The notes: generated by a model not told the origin, from the letters alone. 64,000 bases of DNA from Escherichia coli (GCF_001677475.2 NZ_CP015229.1); one strand, 5' to 3'; positions 47,722-62,382 are shown, counted from the stretch's first letter. A program made the numbers and translations.

Positions 47722-48516
47722 TTAGATAGCTACCGGCGCTTTAATGCCCGGATGCGGATCGTAGCCTTCAATCTCAAAGTCTTCGAAACGATAGTCGAAG
47801 ATGGATTTGGGTTTACGTTTGATAATCAACTTCGGCAGCGGACGCGGTTCGCGGCTTAATTGCAGATGAGTTTGATCCATATGATTGCTGTACAGGTGCG
47901 TATCGCCACCGGTCCAGACAAAATCACCCACATCCAGATCGCACTGCTGCGCCATCATATGCACCAGTAACGCGTAGCTGGCAATATTAAACGGCAGGCC
48001 GAGGAAGACGTCACAGGAGCGCTGATAAAGCTGACAAGAGAGTTTGCCGTCTGCCACATAGAACTGGAAGAATGCATGGCACGGTGCCAGCGCCATTTTA
48101 TCCAGTTCGCCTACGTTCCACGCTGAAACAATAATGCGGCGGGAATCCGGGTCGTTTTTCAGCTGGTTCAGTACCGTAGTGATCTGGTCAATATGACGAC
48201 CATCTGGCGTTGGCCAGGCGCGCCACTGTTTACCATACACTGGCCCGAGGTCGCCGTTTTCATCGGCCCATTCGTCCCAGATGGTGACATTGTTTTCGTG
48301 TAGATAAGCAATGTTAGTGTCGCCCTGCAGGAACCACAGCAGTTCGTGGATGATGGAACGCAGATGGCAACGTTTAGTTGTCACCAGCGGGAATCCATCC
48401 TGCAAGTTAAAACGCATCTGATGACCAAAAATGGAAAGCGTTCCGGTTCCGGTACGGTCGTTTTTCTGTGTGCCTTCGTCGAGCACTTTTTGCATCAGTT
48501 CTAAATACTGTTTCAT
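47722..48516 (-). CDS. thyA: Thymidylate synthase, 264 aa
   Basis: ORF 47722..48516; catalytic Cys motif [13 protein letters not shown]; matches E. coli ThyA. Confidence 0.96.
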   Translation of the reverse strand: MKQYLELMQKVLDEGTQKNDRTGTGTLSIFGHQMRFNLQDGFPLVTTKRCHLRSIIHELLWFLQGDTNIAYLHENNVTIWDEWADENGDLGPVYGKQWRAWPTPDGRHIDQITTVLNQLKNDPDSRRIIVSAWNVGELDKMALAPCHAFFQFYVADGKLSCQLYQRSCDVFLGLPFNIASYALLVHMMAQQCDLDVGDFVWTGGDTHLYSNHMDQTHLQLSREPRPLPKLIIKRKPKSIFDYRFEDFEIEGYDPHPGIKAPVAI

Positions 48517-48522
48517 GGTTCC

Positions 48523-49398
48523 TCAGGAAACGTGTTGCTGTGGGCTGCGACGATATGCCCAGACCATCATGATCACACCCGCGACAATCATCGGGATGGA
48601 AAGAATTTGCCCCATGCTGATGTACTGCACCCAGGCACCGGTAAACTGCGCGTCGGGCTGGCGGAAAAACTCAACAATGATGCGAAACGCGCCGTAACCA
48701 ATCAGGAACAAGCCTGAGACAGCTCCCATTGGGCGCGGTTTACGAATATACAGGTTGAGGATAATAAACAGCACCACACCTTCCAGCAGCAGTTCGTAAA
48801 GCTGTGATGGGTGGCGCGGCAGCACACCGTAAGTGTCGAAAATGGATTGCCACTGCGGGTTGGTTTGCAGCAGCAAAATATCTTCTGTACGGGAGCCAGG
48901 GAACAGCATGGCAAACGGGAAGTTCGGGTCAACGCGGCCCCACAATTCACCGTTAATAAAGTTGCCCAGACGCCCGGCACCAAGACCAAACGGAATGAGT
49001 GGTGCGATAAAATCAGAGACCTGGAAGAAGGAACGTTTAGTACGGCGGGCGAAGATAATCATCACCACGATAACGCCAATCAGGCCGCCGTGGAAGGACA
49101 TGCCGCCGTCCCAGACACGGAACAGATACAGCGGATCGGCCATAAACTGCGGGAAATTGTAGAACAGAACATAACCAATACGTCCACCGAGGAAGACGCC
49201 GAGGAAGCCCGCATAGAGTAAGTTTTCAACTTCATTTTTGGTCCAGCCGCTGCCCGGACGATTCGCCCGACGTGTTGCCAGCCACATTGCAAAAATGAAA
49301 CCCACCAGATACATCAGGCCGTACCAGTGAAGCGCCACGGGTCCTATTGAGAAAATGACCGGATCAAACTCCGGAAAATGCAGATAGCTACTGGTCAT
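48523..49398 (-). CDS. lgt: Prolipoprotein diacylglyceryl transferase, 291 aa
   Basis: ORF 48523..49398; multi-TM; Lgt signature; immediately upstream of thyA. Confidence 0.94.
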
Positions 49399-49548
49399 CT
49401 GTCACCACAAGTTCTTGTTATTTCGCTGAAAGAGAACAGCGATTGAAATGCGCGCCGCAGGTTTCAGGCGCTCCAAAGGTGCGAATAATAGCACAAGGGG
49501 ACCAGGCTGGTTGCCGGATACCGTTAAAAGATATGTATATGATCCGCG

Positions 49549-51795
49549 CTATAACCCTCCGCGAATCAGCCCGCCCATGCCGCGACGCTCCATAAAGGCT
49601 GCAACCTGATGGCGAACTTCGGTCGCCAGTTGCGCTTCCAGACTACGCTGCGCAAGATTCTCTGCTTCGGCATAATCAATGCGCCGCAGCAGGTATTTTA
49701 CCCGCGCTACAGAACGTCCGTTCATAGACAGATGGCGATACCCAAGCCCAATGAGGATTGCCACGCACATGGGATCGCCCGCCATTTCACCGCACAAACG
49801 GAGATCGATACCATGTATTTCCGCTTCCCGGGCGATCATCGCCAGAGCTCGTAACATTGCAGGATGAAGGCTGTCATAAATGTTCGCCACCCGGGTATTG
49901 TTGCGATCAACGGCCAGGATGTATTGAGTCAGATCGTTGGTGCCAACAGAGATGAAATCGACCCGCTTTGCCAGATGCGGCAACATAAATACCATTGACG
50001 GCACTTCCAGCATGATGCCGATACGTGGTTTGGGAATTTCGTAACCGATCATCTCCTCGACTTCACGTCCGGCACGTTCAATCAGGCGGCGTGCTTCGTC
50101 AACTTCATCGAGGCTGGTGACCATCGGCAACAGAATATTCAGGTTGCCCGTAGCGGCATTAGCACGCAGCATCGCCCGCACCTGGATCAAGAAGATCTCC
50201 GGCTGATCGAGCGTAATGCGAATCCCACGCCAACCCAGGCATGGATTCTCTTCGCTGATCGGCATGTAAGGCAGCTGCTTATCTGCTCCGACATCCAGCG
50301 TACGTAAGGTGACAGGTTTATCATTGAACATTTGCAGCATCCCCTGATACTGCGCCACCTGTTCTTCTTCCGACGGGAAACCACTTTGCAGCATGAATGG
50401 GATTTCAGTGCGATAAAGACCGATGCCATCAATACGGCTGCCCAGTTTTTCTTCATGTTCCGGGCTTAAACCAGCATTGAGCATGACTTTTATACGCTCA
50501 CCGCTTTTTAACTGCGCGGGTAAATTGACGTCATCTTCCGCCAGACGGCTAAGCTCAATCTCTTCACTAATTAGCCGCTGATATTCTTGCAGCAGTACCG
50601 GCTCCGGATCGACCAGCAATTCACCGCGATAGCCATCAACGATCAGCGTCCTACGATGCAACACTGAAGGTTGAATGTCCGCCCCCATCACCGTAGGAAT
50701 ACCCAGCGCGCGTACCATAATCGCCGCATGGGAGTTGGCCGCACCATCGCGTACGACGACGCCGACTAAGCGATCCTGAGGCAACTCCGCAAGGGTCGTC
50801 GCCGACAATTCATCTGCCACCAGAATGAAACGTTCCGGCCAGGCGTTCGGCCCTTGATTAGCGTCATCAAGATGAAACAGCAATCGCTGACCCAGCGCAC
50901 GTAAATCGCCAGCCCGCTCTTTGAGATAGTTATCGCTTAGCGCGGCAAACTGTTCGGCAAATTTTTCAATGACCGTTTTTACCGCCCATTCTGCCACCGA
51001 GCCTTTATCAACCTCGGCAAACAATTCGCGACGCAGCCGGGTGTCCGAAAGCAGGTGCGAGTAAAGATCGAAAATAGCCGCCGTTTCTTTTTGTGCACCG
51101 GCGGCAAAGCGTTTGCTGTAGCGGCGAAACTCGTTTGCCGCTTCTTCCAGCGCCCCGGTCAGTCGTTCGCGTTCCAGAGCCGGATCCAGCGTTGATGCCT
51201 GATACACCTGTTCCATTAAAGGTAACGTGGCATCCTGCCAGCCTTCGGCAATCGCCACACCAGGTGCTGCCGGTAATGCGCGGATTCGCGTCTGGCGATA
51301 TTGCCCAAACAGTGCAGTCAACTGCGACTGAGAAAGAATAGCTGCCATCTGGGTGGCAAGCGTCACCAGGAAGGATTCTTCACTTTCGTCATACTGGCGC
51401 AACTCTCGTTGCTGTACCACCAGTACACCAAGCAACTGGCGACGTTGAATAATTGGTACGCCTAAAAACGCGCGGAAACGTTCTTCTTTTACGGAGGGGA
51501 TGTATTTGAAGCTGGGGTGCTTTTGCGCATCTGCAAGGTTTATCGGTTCCGCCAGCCTGCCAACCAGGCCGACGATCCCTTCATCAAACGCGAGCGTTAC
51601 AGTGCGACCGCGTGGTTTTTTCAGCCCCCGGGTCGCCATCAGGTAGTAACAACGTCGATCATGATCGGCCAGGTAGACCGAACAGACCTCGGTATCCATC
51701 GCAAGACAGATGTCGGTAACCAGAATATTTAACGCCTCATTCAGGCGTGGTGCGCTGGCTACCTTTTCGACTATTTCGCGCAGGCGAGTGAGCAT
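49549..51795 (-). CDS. ptsP: PEP-protein phosphotransferase enzyme I-Ntr (GAF + EI domains), 748 aa
   Basis: ORF 49549..51795; N-terminal GAF domain, C-terminal enzyme I PEP-utilizing domain. Confidence 0.94.
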   Translation of the reverse strand: MLTRLREIVEKVASAPRLNEALNILVTDICLAMDTEVCSVYLADHDRRCYYLMATRGLKKPRGRTVTLAFDEGIVGLVGRLAEPINLADAQKHPSFKYIPSVKEERFRAFLGVPIIQRRQLLGVLVVQQRELRQYDESEESFLVTLATQMAAILSQSQLTALFGQYRQTRIRALPAAPGVAIAEGWQDATLPLMEQVYQASTLDPALERERLTGALEEAANEFRRYSKRFAAGAQKETAAIFDLYSHLLSDTRLRRELFAEVDKGSVAEWAVKTVIEKFAEQFAALSDNYLKERAGDLRALGQRLLFHLDDANQGPNAWPERFILVADELSATTLAELPQDRLVGVVVRDGAANSHAAIMVRALGIPTVMGADIQPSVLHRRTLIVDGYRGELLVDPEPVLLQEYQRLISEEIELSRLAEDDVNLPAQLKSGERIKVMLNAGLSPEHEEKLGSRIDGIGLYRTEIPFMLQSGFPSEEEQVAQYQGMLQMFNDKPVTLRTLDVGADKQLPYMPISEENPCLGWRGIRITLDQPEIFLIQVRAMLRANAATGNLNILLPMVTSLDEVDEARRLIERAGREVEEMIGYEIPKPRIGIMLEVPSMVFMLPHLAKRVDFISVGTNDLTQYILAVDRNNTRVANIYDSLHPAMLRALAMIAREAEIHGIDLRLCGEMAGDPMCVAILIGLGYRHLSMNGRSVARVKYLLRRIDYAEAENLAQRSLEAQLATEVRHQVAAFMERRGMGGLIRGGL

Positions 51796-51807
51796 AATTG
51801 GCGTGAC

Positions 51808-52338
51808 TTAACCTCTTTTACGTCGATAAGCAGATGCGTTTTGTGGTTTTGGCGTATTTTCCTGCAGTGACATCACCACACTCGCGAACTCTTTCATTAC
51901 CCTACGGTAGACATCACGTTTAAATGACACCACCTGTCTGACCGGATACCAGTAACTTACCCATCGCCAGCCGTCAAACTCTGGTGTACTGCTGGTTTGC
52001 ATATTGATTTCTGCATCGCCGCTCACCAGCTGCAAGAGAAACCATTTTTGTTTTTGGCCGATACAAACCGGCTTCGTGTCCCAACGCACCAAACGTTTCG
52101 GTAATTTGTAGCGCAACCAGTTACGCGTTGAAGCAAGGATTCGAACGTCTTTGCGGCTTAATCCTACTTCTTCAAACAATTCACGGTACATCGCCTGCTC
52201 TGCGGATTCTCCGGGGTTGATTCCGCCTTGCGGAAATTGCCAGGAGTGCTGACCAAATCGCCGGGCCCACATTACCTGCCCCTGGCGATTACAAATCACG
52301 ATACCTACGTTTGGGCGGTAGCCATCGTCATCAATCAC
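51808..52338 (-). CDS. rppH: RNA pyrophosphohydrolase (Nudix), 176 aa
   Basis: ORF 51808..52338; Nudix box [22 protein letters not shown]. Confidence 0.94.
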
Positions 52339-52479
52339 CGGACTACCTCAAAATAAAGCTTTATATACGAATGATTGTTTCATACTCCAGGAAGACGGTA
52401 AACCACTCTCTGCAGGGCATTACACACTAATAACAATTGAATAACTCACAGTTATGTGCAGAGTTATAAACAGAAGAAG

Positions 52480-52850
52480 GGGTGGATAGCCGTTTTTATT
52501 CACCTTTTCTGTGGATAGAGTTGTGAAGAACTACGGAATTACTACGGGAAAACCCGGAGCATTCTGAATAAGCCCGATATAGACATTTTAAAATATTCAT
52601 TATCAGTCAATGCATTACATGTAATTTGAGTAATAAAAAAGAGTAATTCGTGACCCAGGTCACACCTCTCATTTACGGGTTGGCGAAAGATCAACCAATG
52701 CGGTATTTATCCACAGAATGTGCCACTAAGTTAAGCACTGAGCCACTAAAAACTGGAGTTTCGTCGCACGTCAAGGCTGTAAATGGAAACAGTAGTGGAG
52801 GTTTTTCACAGTTATCCCAGCTTTCTGTGGATAACATGGTGTAAGATCCT
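52480..52850. promoter_or_regulatory. DnaA-box cluster in rppH-mutH intergenic region, consistent with DARS2 (DnaA-reactivating sequence 2); boundaries approximate
   Basis: Perfect DnaA boxes ttatccaca at 52708..52716 (fwd) and tgtggataa at 52826..52834 (rev); 1-mismatch box tgtggatag 52510..52518; weaker box-like 9-mers nearby; DARS2 is reported to lie between ygpD(rppH) and mutH. Confidence 0.6.
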
Positions 52851-53022
52851 GTTTATTTTCAGTGACCAGATTTGGAAAACCCGTTGCAGTGTTGCGCAAC
52901 TCGATTACCGACAATCTAAAAAGCAATATAAATCAGAGAATTGAACAACGCATGTGGAAAAAGTTACACTGCGAATATTCGGCACAGAAATGCTGTTTGT
53001 TTTTTAACCAAGGTATCGTGAC

Positions 53023-53712
53023 ATGTCCCAACCTCGCCCACTGCTCTCTCCTCCCGAAACTGAAGAACAATTGTTAGCGCAAGCACAACAACTTTCTGGT
53101 TATACATTGGGAGAACTGGCGGCACTTGCTGGGCTGGTGACGCCGGAGAATTTAAAACGCGATAAGGGCTGGATTGGCGTGTTACTGGAGATCTGGCTAG
53201 GTGCCAGCGCAGGGAGTAAACCTGAGCAAGATTTTGCTGCTCTGGGCGTGGAACTTAAAACTATCCCTGTGGATAGTCTTGGTCGTCCGCTGGAAACAAC
53301 ATTCGTTTGTGTTGCCCCGTTAACGGGTAATAGCGGGGTGACCTGGGAAACCAGCCACGTGCGCCACAAGCTCAAACGCGTGCTGTGGATACCGGTTGAA
53401 GGCGAGCGCTGCATCCCGCTGGCGCAGCGTCGCGTAGGATCACCGTTGCTGTGGAGCCCGAATGAAGAGGAAGACCGGCAGCTACGCGAAGACTGGGAAG
53501 AATTAATGGATATGATTGTTCTCGGTCAGGTTGAGCGGATTACCGCTCGTCACGGGGAATATTTACAGATACGACCGAAAGCAGCGAATGCGAAAGCGCT
53601 TACCGAAGCCATTGGTGCCCGGGGCGAACGGATTCTGACGCTGCCACGCGGCTTTTATTTGAAGAAGAATTTCACCAGTGCACTACTGGCCCGTCATTTT
53701 CTGATCCAGTAG
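53023..53712 (+). CDS. mutH: DNA mismatch repair endonuclease MutH, 229 aa
   Basis: ORF 53023..53712; matches E. coli MutH N-terminus [20 protein letters not shown]. Confidence 0.95.
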   Translation: MSQPRPLLSPPETEEQLLAQAQQLSGYTLGELAALAGLVTPENLKRDKGWIGVLLEIWLGASAGSKPEQDFAALGVELKTIPVDSLGRPLETTFVCVAPLTGNSGVTWETSHVRHKLKRVLWIPVEGERCIPLAQRRVGSPLLWSPNEEEDRQLREDWEELMDMIVLGQVERITARHGEYLQIRPKAANAKALTEAIGARGERILTLPRGFYLKKNFTSALLARHFLIQ

Positions 53713-53780
53713 CCATCGCTTTGACCTGCCGCTTTCCGGGCATATAATTACCGCTTCATTTTTTTGGCAGGGCTTTTTAG

Positions 53781-54494
53781 ATGTTATTTGCATGGATAAC
53801 CGATCCTAACGCCTGGCTTGCGCTCGGTACGCTGACGCTGCTGGAGATCGTTCTTGGGATCGACAATATTATTTTCCTTTCTCTGGTGGTGGCAAAGCTC
53901 CCCACAGCACAACGTGCTCATGCGCGCCGTCTGGGGTTGGCGGGAGCCATGGTTATGCGTCTGGCGCTGCTGGCATCAATCGCCTGGGTTACGCGCCTGA
54001 CGAATCCGCTTTTTACAATATTCAGTCAGGAAATTTCCGCCCGTGATTTGATTCTGCTTCTGGGGGGCTTGTTCCTTATCTGGAAAGCCAGCAAGGAAAT
54101 CCACGAATCCATTGAAGGTGAAGAAGAAGGGCTGAAAACACGCGTTTCATCATTCCTCGGCGCTATCGTGCAGATTATGCTGCTGGATATTATCTTCAGC
54201 CTCGACTCGGTGATTACCGCTGTGGGTCTGTCAGATCACCTGTTTATTATGATGGCCGCCGTGGTGATTGCCGTAGGCGTGATGATGTTCGCCGCGCGCT
54301 CGATTGGTGATTTTGTCGAGCGCCATCCTTCGGTAAAAATGCTGGCGCTCTCTTTCCTGATTCTGGTCGGCTTTACCCTGATTCTGGAAAGTTTCGACAT
54401 CCACGTACCGAAAGGTTACATCTACTTCGCGATGTTCTTCTCTATTGCGGTTGAAAGCCTCAACCTGATTCGCAACAAAAAGAATCCGCTCTGA
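53781..54494 (+). CDS. ygdQ: TerC-family inner-membrane protein, 237 aa
   Basis: ORF 53781..54494; multi-TM, TerC-like. Confidence 0.88.
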
Positions 54495-54631
54495 TACTCC
54501 GTACGCTCTCCTGCGGGAGGGCGTACTCACTCCTGTTACCCTCACAGTTTAAGATTTTCCTGCTTTCAAGATATATAACGTCGGTTTATAAACAGACTAT
54601 TATCATAGGTGGGCCAAATGAGGATAACCGG

Positions 54632-54850
54632 ATGAAAAAATGGGCAGTAATAATTTCTGCAGTCGGACTGGCGTTTGCTGTTTCCGGGTGTTCCAGTGAT
54701 TACGTCATGGCGACCAAAGATGGCCGTATGATTTTGACCGATGGAAAACCTGAAATTGATGATGATACCGGGCTGGTGAGTTATCACGATCAGCAAGGTA
54801 ACGCGATGCAAATTAACCGTGATGATGTTTCGCAAATTATTGAACGTTAA
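54632..54850 (+). CDS. ygdR: Small lipoprotein (DUF903), 72 aa
   Basis: ORF 54632..54850; lipobox VSGC; clear paralog of YgdI (shared SDYVM..DGR..DGKP..DDTG..Q.NRDDV pattern). Confidence 0.88.
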
Positions 54851-54957
54851 CAAATAAGGTCAGCATCCGGCTGGCCTTAAGATTTTTCTCTTTCCCTTTT
54901 CCCTTCCCTCTGCCATTTTTATATTCCTTATGTTGTGATTATAAAAAGGAAACGGCT

Positions 54958-55998
54958 ATGCAATATCACCGTATACCCCACAGTTCGCTGGAAGTCAGCA
55001 CGCTGGGGCTTGGCACGATGACGTTTGGTGAACAGAACAGCGAAGCCGACGCCCACGCACAACTCGACTATGCCGTCGCTCAGGGCATTAACCTTATCGA
55101 CGTTGCCGAAATGTACCCAGTACCTCCGCGCCCCGAAACGCAAGGGTTAACCGAAACCTACGTCGGCAACTGGCTGGCGAAACATGGCAGCCGCGAAAAG
55201 TTAATTATCGCCTCCAAAGTGAGCGGACCGTCGCGCAATAATGACAAGGGCATCCGCCCGGATCAGGCGCTGGATCGGAAGAATATCCGCGAAGCGTTGC
55301 ATGACAGCCTCAAGCGTCTGCAGACTGATTACCTCGATCTTTATCAGGTGCACTGGCCGCAGCGCCCAACCAACTGCTTTGGCAAACTCGGTTATAGCTG
55401 GACGGATTCTGCGCCTGCAGTTTCGCTGCTAGATACGCTGGACGCACTGGCAGAGTACCAACGCGCGGGAAAAATTCGTTATATCGGCGTGTCGAACGAA
55501 ACTGCATTTGGCGTAATGCGCTACCTGCATCTGGCGGACAAACACGATCTGCCGCGTATTGTCACCATTCAGAACCCTTACAGTCTGTTAAACCGCAGTT
55601 TTGAAGTAGGTCTGGCAGAAGTCAGCCAGTATGAAGGGGTCGAACTGCTGGCCTATTCGTGCCTGGGTTTCGGCACGCTGACCGGGAAATATCTCAACGG
55701 TGCAAAACCCGCTGGCGCACGTAATACGCTCTTTAGTCGGTTCACCCGCTATAGCGGTGAGCAAACGCAAAAAGCCGTCGCGGCGTATGTTGATATAGCC
55801 AGACGTCATGGCCTGGATCCTGCACAGATGGCGCTCGCTTTTGTACGCCGTCAACCGTTTGTTGCCAGCACTCTGCTAGGCGCAACCACGATGGAGCAGC
55901 TGAAAACTAACGTCGAAAGTTTGCATCTGGAGTTAAGCGAAGACGTATTAGCTGAAATTGAAGCGGTACATCAGGTTTATACTTATCCGGCACCATAA
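54958..55998 (+). CDS. tas: Aldo-keto reductase Tas, 346 aa
   Basis: ORF 54958..55998; AKR family. Confidence 0.92.
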   Translation: MQYHRIPHSSLEVSTLGLGTMTFGEQNSEADAHAQLDYAVAQGINLIDVAEMYPVPPRPETQGLTETYVGNWLAKHGSREKLIIASKVSGPSRNNDKGIRPDQALDRKNIREALHDSLKRLQTDYLDLYQVHWPQRPTNCFGKLGYSWTDSAPAVSLLDTLDALAEYQRAGKIRYIGVSNETAFGVMRYLHLADKHDLPRIVTIQNPYSLLNRSFEVGLAEVSQYEGVELLAYSCLGFGTLTGKYLNGAKPAGARNTLFSRFTRYSGEQTQKAVAAYVDIARRHGLDPAQMALAFVRRQPFVASTLLGATTMEQLKTNVESLHLELSEDVLAEIEAVHQVYTYPAP

Positions 55999-56000
55999 GA

Positions 56001-56026
56001 TTAACGCCGGTTAAAACCGGCGTTAA
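56001..56026. terminator. Perfect 10-bp stem hairpin between convergent tas and lplT (probable bidirectional terminator)
   Basis: ttaacgccgg-ttaaaa-ccggcgttaa. Confidence 0.55.
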
Positions 56027-56029
56027 ATA

Positions 56030-59396
<3,367 letters not shown>

Positions 59397-59461
59397 TCAG
59401 TAAAAGCGAATGGAGGGAGATTACACGAGATAAAGAACGCGAGCGACAGTAAATTAGGTGC

Positions 59462-59550
59462 AAAAAAAAACCTGCGCATCCGCGCAGGTTGGTGCAAGAG
59501 ACAGGGTACGAAGAGCGTACCGAATAATCTCACCAATCAATACCTCTGGG
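59462..59550 (-). ncRNA. omrA: OmrA (RygA) small RNA
   Basis: Minus strand reads CCCAGAGGTATTGATTGGTGAGATTATTCGGTACGCTCTTCGTACCCTGTCTCTTGCACCAACCTGCGCGGATGCGCAGGTTTTTTTTT, including terminator hairpin. Confidence 0.9.
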
Positions 59551-59664
59551 ATCTTGATTGTGGTCTGCGCGACGACTCTTCGCCAGCGAGAAAACGCAAA
59601 GGAATGAAGGGAAATGCAACGAGGTGTGTAAATTGTCGGTTACTGTTACAGATTGATGACCGGC

Positions 59665-59747
59665 AAAAAAAAACCTGCGCATCTGCGCAGGCTGGTGTAA
59701 TTCATGTGCTCAACCCGAAGTTGACTTCACCTATCAATACCTCTGGG
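59665..59747 (-). ncRNA. omrB: OmrB (RygB) small RNA
   Basis: Minus strand reads CCCAGAGGTATTGATAGGTGAAGTCAACTTCGGGTTGAGCACATGAATTACACCAGCCTGCGCAGATGCGCAGGTTTTTTTTT; shares 5' and 3' ends with omrA. Confidence 0.9.
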
Positions 59748-59960
59748 ATCACCACTTTAGCAACCTGAAGCCAAACGCCACCAGCGGTCAATCGCAACAG
59801 CGTTTCGCAAAGTGTAACCAAAGGTTTGCAATCTCTTTTTTTGTCTTACTTATTTGCGTTTGGCTCACATTACCACGATGAAAACACGCCGCCCCTTGAA
59901 CCAACGGGCGTTTTCCGTAACACTGAAACAATGTAAGCGTTTACCCACTAAGGTATTTTC

Positions 59961-60992
59961 ATGGCGACCATAAAGGATGTAGCCCGACTGGCAGGCGTTT
60001 CAGTCGCCACCGTTTCCCGCGTCATTAATAATTCACCCAAAGCCAGCGAAGCTTCCCGGCTGGCTGTGCATAGTGCAATGGAGTCTCTTAGCTATCACCC
60101 GAACGCCAACGCCCGTGCGCTGGCGCAGCAGACCACTGAAACGGTCGGTCTGGTCGTTGGTGATGTTTCCGATCCGTTTTTCGGTGCAATGGTGAAAGCG
60201 GTCGAACAGGTGGCTTATCACACTGGTAATTTTTTATTGATTGGCAACGGTTACCACAACGAACAAAAAGAGCGTCAGGCCATTGAGCAACTGATCCGCC
60301 ATCGCTGTGCTGCGTTGGTCGTCCATGCCAAAATGATCCCGGATGCTGATTTAGCCTCATTAATGAAACAAATGCCCGGTATGGTGCTGATCAACCGTAT
60401 CCTGCCTGGCTTTGAAAACCGTTGTATTGCTCTGGACGATCGTTACGGTGCCTGGCTGGCAACGCGTCATTTAATTCAGCAAGGTCATACCCGCATTGGT
60501 TATCTGTGTTCTAACCACTCTATTTCTGACGCCGAAGATCGTCTGCAAGGGTATTACGATGCCCTTGCTGAAAGTGGTATTGCGGCCAATGACCGGCTGG
60601 TGACATTTGGCGAACCAGACGAAAGCGGCGGCGAACAGGCAATGACCGAGCTTTTGGGACGAGGCAGAAATTTCACTGCGGTAGCCTGTTATAACGATTC
60701 AATGGCGGCGGGTGCGATGGGCGTTCTCAATGATAATGGTATTGACGTACCGGGTGAGATTTCGTTAATTGGCTTTGATGATGTGCTGGTGTCACGCTAT
60801 GTGCGTCCGCGCCTGACCACCGTGCGTTACCCAATCGTGACGATGGCGACGCAGGCTGCCGAACTGGCTTTGGCGCTGGCGGATAATCGCCCTCTCCCGG
60901 AAATCACTAATGTCTTTAGTCCGACGCTGGTACGTCGCCATTCAGTGTCAACTCCGTCGCTGGAGGCAAGTCATCATGCAACCAGCGACTAA
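59961..60992 (+). CDS. galR: Galactose operon repressor (LacI/GalR family), 343 aa
   Basis: ORF 59961..60992; HTH MATIKDVARLAGVSVATVSRVIN. Confidence 0.95.
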   Translation: MATIKDVARLAGVSVATVSRVINNSPKASEASRLAVHSAMESLSYHPNANARALAQQTTETVGLVVGDVSDPFFGAMVKAVEQVAYHTGNFLLIGNGYHNEQKERQAIEQLIRHRCAALVVHAKMIPDADLASLMKQMPGMVLINRILPGFENRCIALDDRYGAWLATRHLIQQGHTRIGYLCSNHSISDAEDRLQGYYDALAESGIAANDRLVTFGEPDESGGEQAMTELLGRGRNFTAVACYNDSMAAGAMGVLNDNGIDVPGEISLIGFDDVLVSRYVRPRLTTVRYPIVTMATQAAELALALADNRPLPEITNVFSPTLVRRHSVSTPSLEASHHATSD

Positions 60993-60998
60993 CCGCAG

Positions 60999-62261
60999 TT
61001 AAAGCAATTCCAGCGCCAGTAATTCTTCGATGGTCTGGCGACGGCGAATCAACCGCGCCTGACCATTATCAAACAGAACTTCTGGTAACAGCGGACGGCT
61101 ATTGTAGTTGGATGACATTGACGCGCCATATGCCCCCGTATCATGCAGTACCAGATAATCCCCTGCCTTCACTTCCGGCAAGGCGCGGGTTTCAACATTT
61201 CCCCCTTCCTGCTGGGTAAAGACATCGCCCGATTCACATAATGGCCCGGCGACGACGGTTTCCACCGTTGGCGCGTGTTCCAGAGAACGACCATCAGCTG
61301 CCAGGGCACTGATATGGTGGTAACTACCGTACATTGCCGGACGCATCAGATCGTTGAACCCGGCATCAACCAGCACAAAGTGGCGGCTACCCATTTGTTT
61401 GACGCTCCGCACTTGAGTAATTAATACGCCAGCCTGCGCTACCAGAAAGCGACCCGGTTCAATTTCCAGTTTCACAGGATGGCCCAAATGGCGGGCGATT
61501 TGCTCACGCGCGGCATTCCACAGACCATAATAATGTTCGGTATCAACCGCCTCTTCACCCTGTTGATAAGGAATAGAAAGCCCACCGCCCGCAGAAATAG
61601 CCTGTATATCCTGACCGAATTCGAGGACCTGACGCACCATAGCACCACATACCTGTTCCAGATGGGCATAATCAACGCCAGAACCAATGTGCATGTGAAT
61701 GCCGACCAGCTGTAGATGATGACGTTGTATCACGTCCAGTGCGGCGGGCAGATCGGTGTACCAGATACCGTGCTTGCTGTTTTCGCCACCAGTATTGGTT
61801 TTTTGGCTATGCCCGTGACCAAACCCCGGATTAACACGCAGCCATACCCGATGCCCTGGCGAAACCTGACCCAGTTGGTCGAGCATATCAACAGAACCCG
61901 CATTCACCGGAATTTGCAATGCACTGACGCGTTCAAGCGTCGCCTGATCGATAACATCTGCCGTAAAAACAATATCATCGGGGTGCGTTTGCGGATTGTA
62001 ACCCGCCGCCAACGCACGCTCTATTTCGCCTAACGAGACGGAATCCACTTTCACGCCCTGCTCACGCATTAAGCGCAAAATATGAATATTGGAACAGGCT
62101 TTCTGTGCGAAGCGCACCACATCAAACTGTTTCAGCGCTGCAATCTGCCGACGAATAATTTGCGCATCGTAGACCCACACCGGGCAGCCAAATTCTGCGG
62201 GCAAACGCAGCAGATTTTCGGCGGTGAGATCGGTATCAGTGCTGAACAGTGAATGTGGCAT
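60999..62261 (-). CDS. lysA: Diaminopimelate decarboxylase, 420 aa
   Basis: ORF 60999..62261; PLP-dependent fold-III decarboxylase. Confidence 0.94.
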   Translation of the reverse strand: MPHSLFSTDTDLTAENLLRLPAEFGCPVWVYDAQIIRRQIAALKQFDVVRFAQKACSNIHILRLMREQGVKVDSVSLGEIERALAAGYNPQTHPDDIVFTADVIDQATLERVSALQIPVNAGSVDMLDQLGQVSPGHRVWLRVNPGFGHGHSQKTNTGGENSKHGIWYTDLPAALDVIQRHHLQLVGIHMHIGSGVDYAHLEQVCGAMVRQVLEFGQDIQAISAGGGLSIPYQQGEEAVDTEHYYGLWNAAREQIARHLGHPVKLEIEPGRFLVAQAGVLITQVRSVKQMGSRHFVLVDAGFNDLMRPAMYGSYHHISALAADGRSLEHAPTVETVVAGPLCESGDVFTQQEGGNVETRALPEVKAGDYLVLHDTGAYGASMSSNYNSRPLLPEVLFDNGQARLIRRRQTIEELLALELL

Positions 62262-62382
62262 AACAAACTCCAGATAAGTGCTTTTTTATGATTACGCCAC
62301 ATCATAAAAAGAATAAAAAATATCGATTTGTGTCGAGTCTATGCAAAAATGATATGGATTACCGGATTGCGAGAGAGCGCTA
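62262..62382. promoter_or_regulatory. Divergent lysA / lysR promoter region
   Basis: 121-bp AT-rich spacer between divergent lysA and lysR; LysR-type activator arrangement. Confidence 0.55.

Noticed and set aside
52650-53077. Small ORFs of 64 aa and 71 aa in the rppH-mutH gap
   Set aside because: Overlap the DnaA-box cluster, lack RBS, and the second overlaps the mutH start in another frame; I cannot exclude a small annotated protein here but the sequence does not support one.
54566-54853. 95-aa minus-strand ORF overlapping ygdR
   Set aside because: Antisense to the lipoprotein gene ygdR, which has a lipobox and a paralog; no support for the antisense frame.
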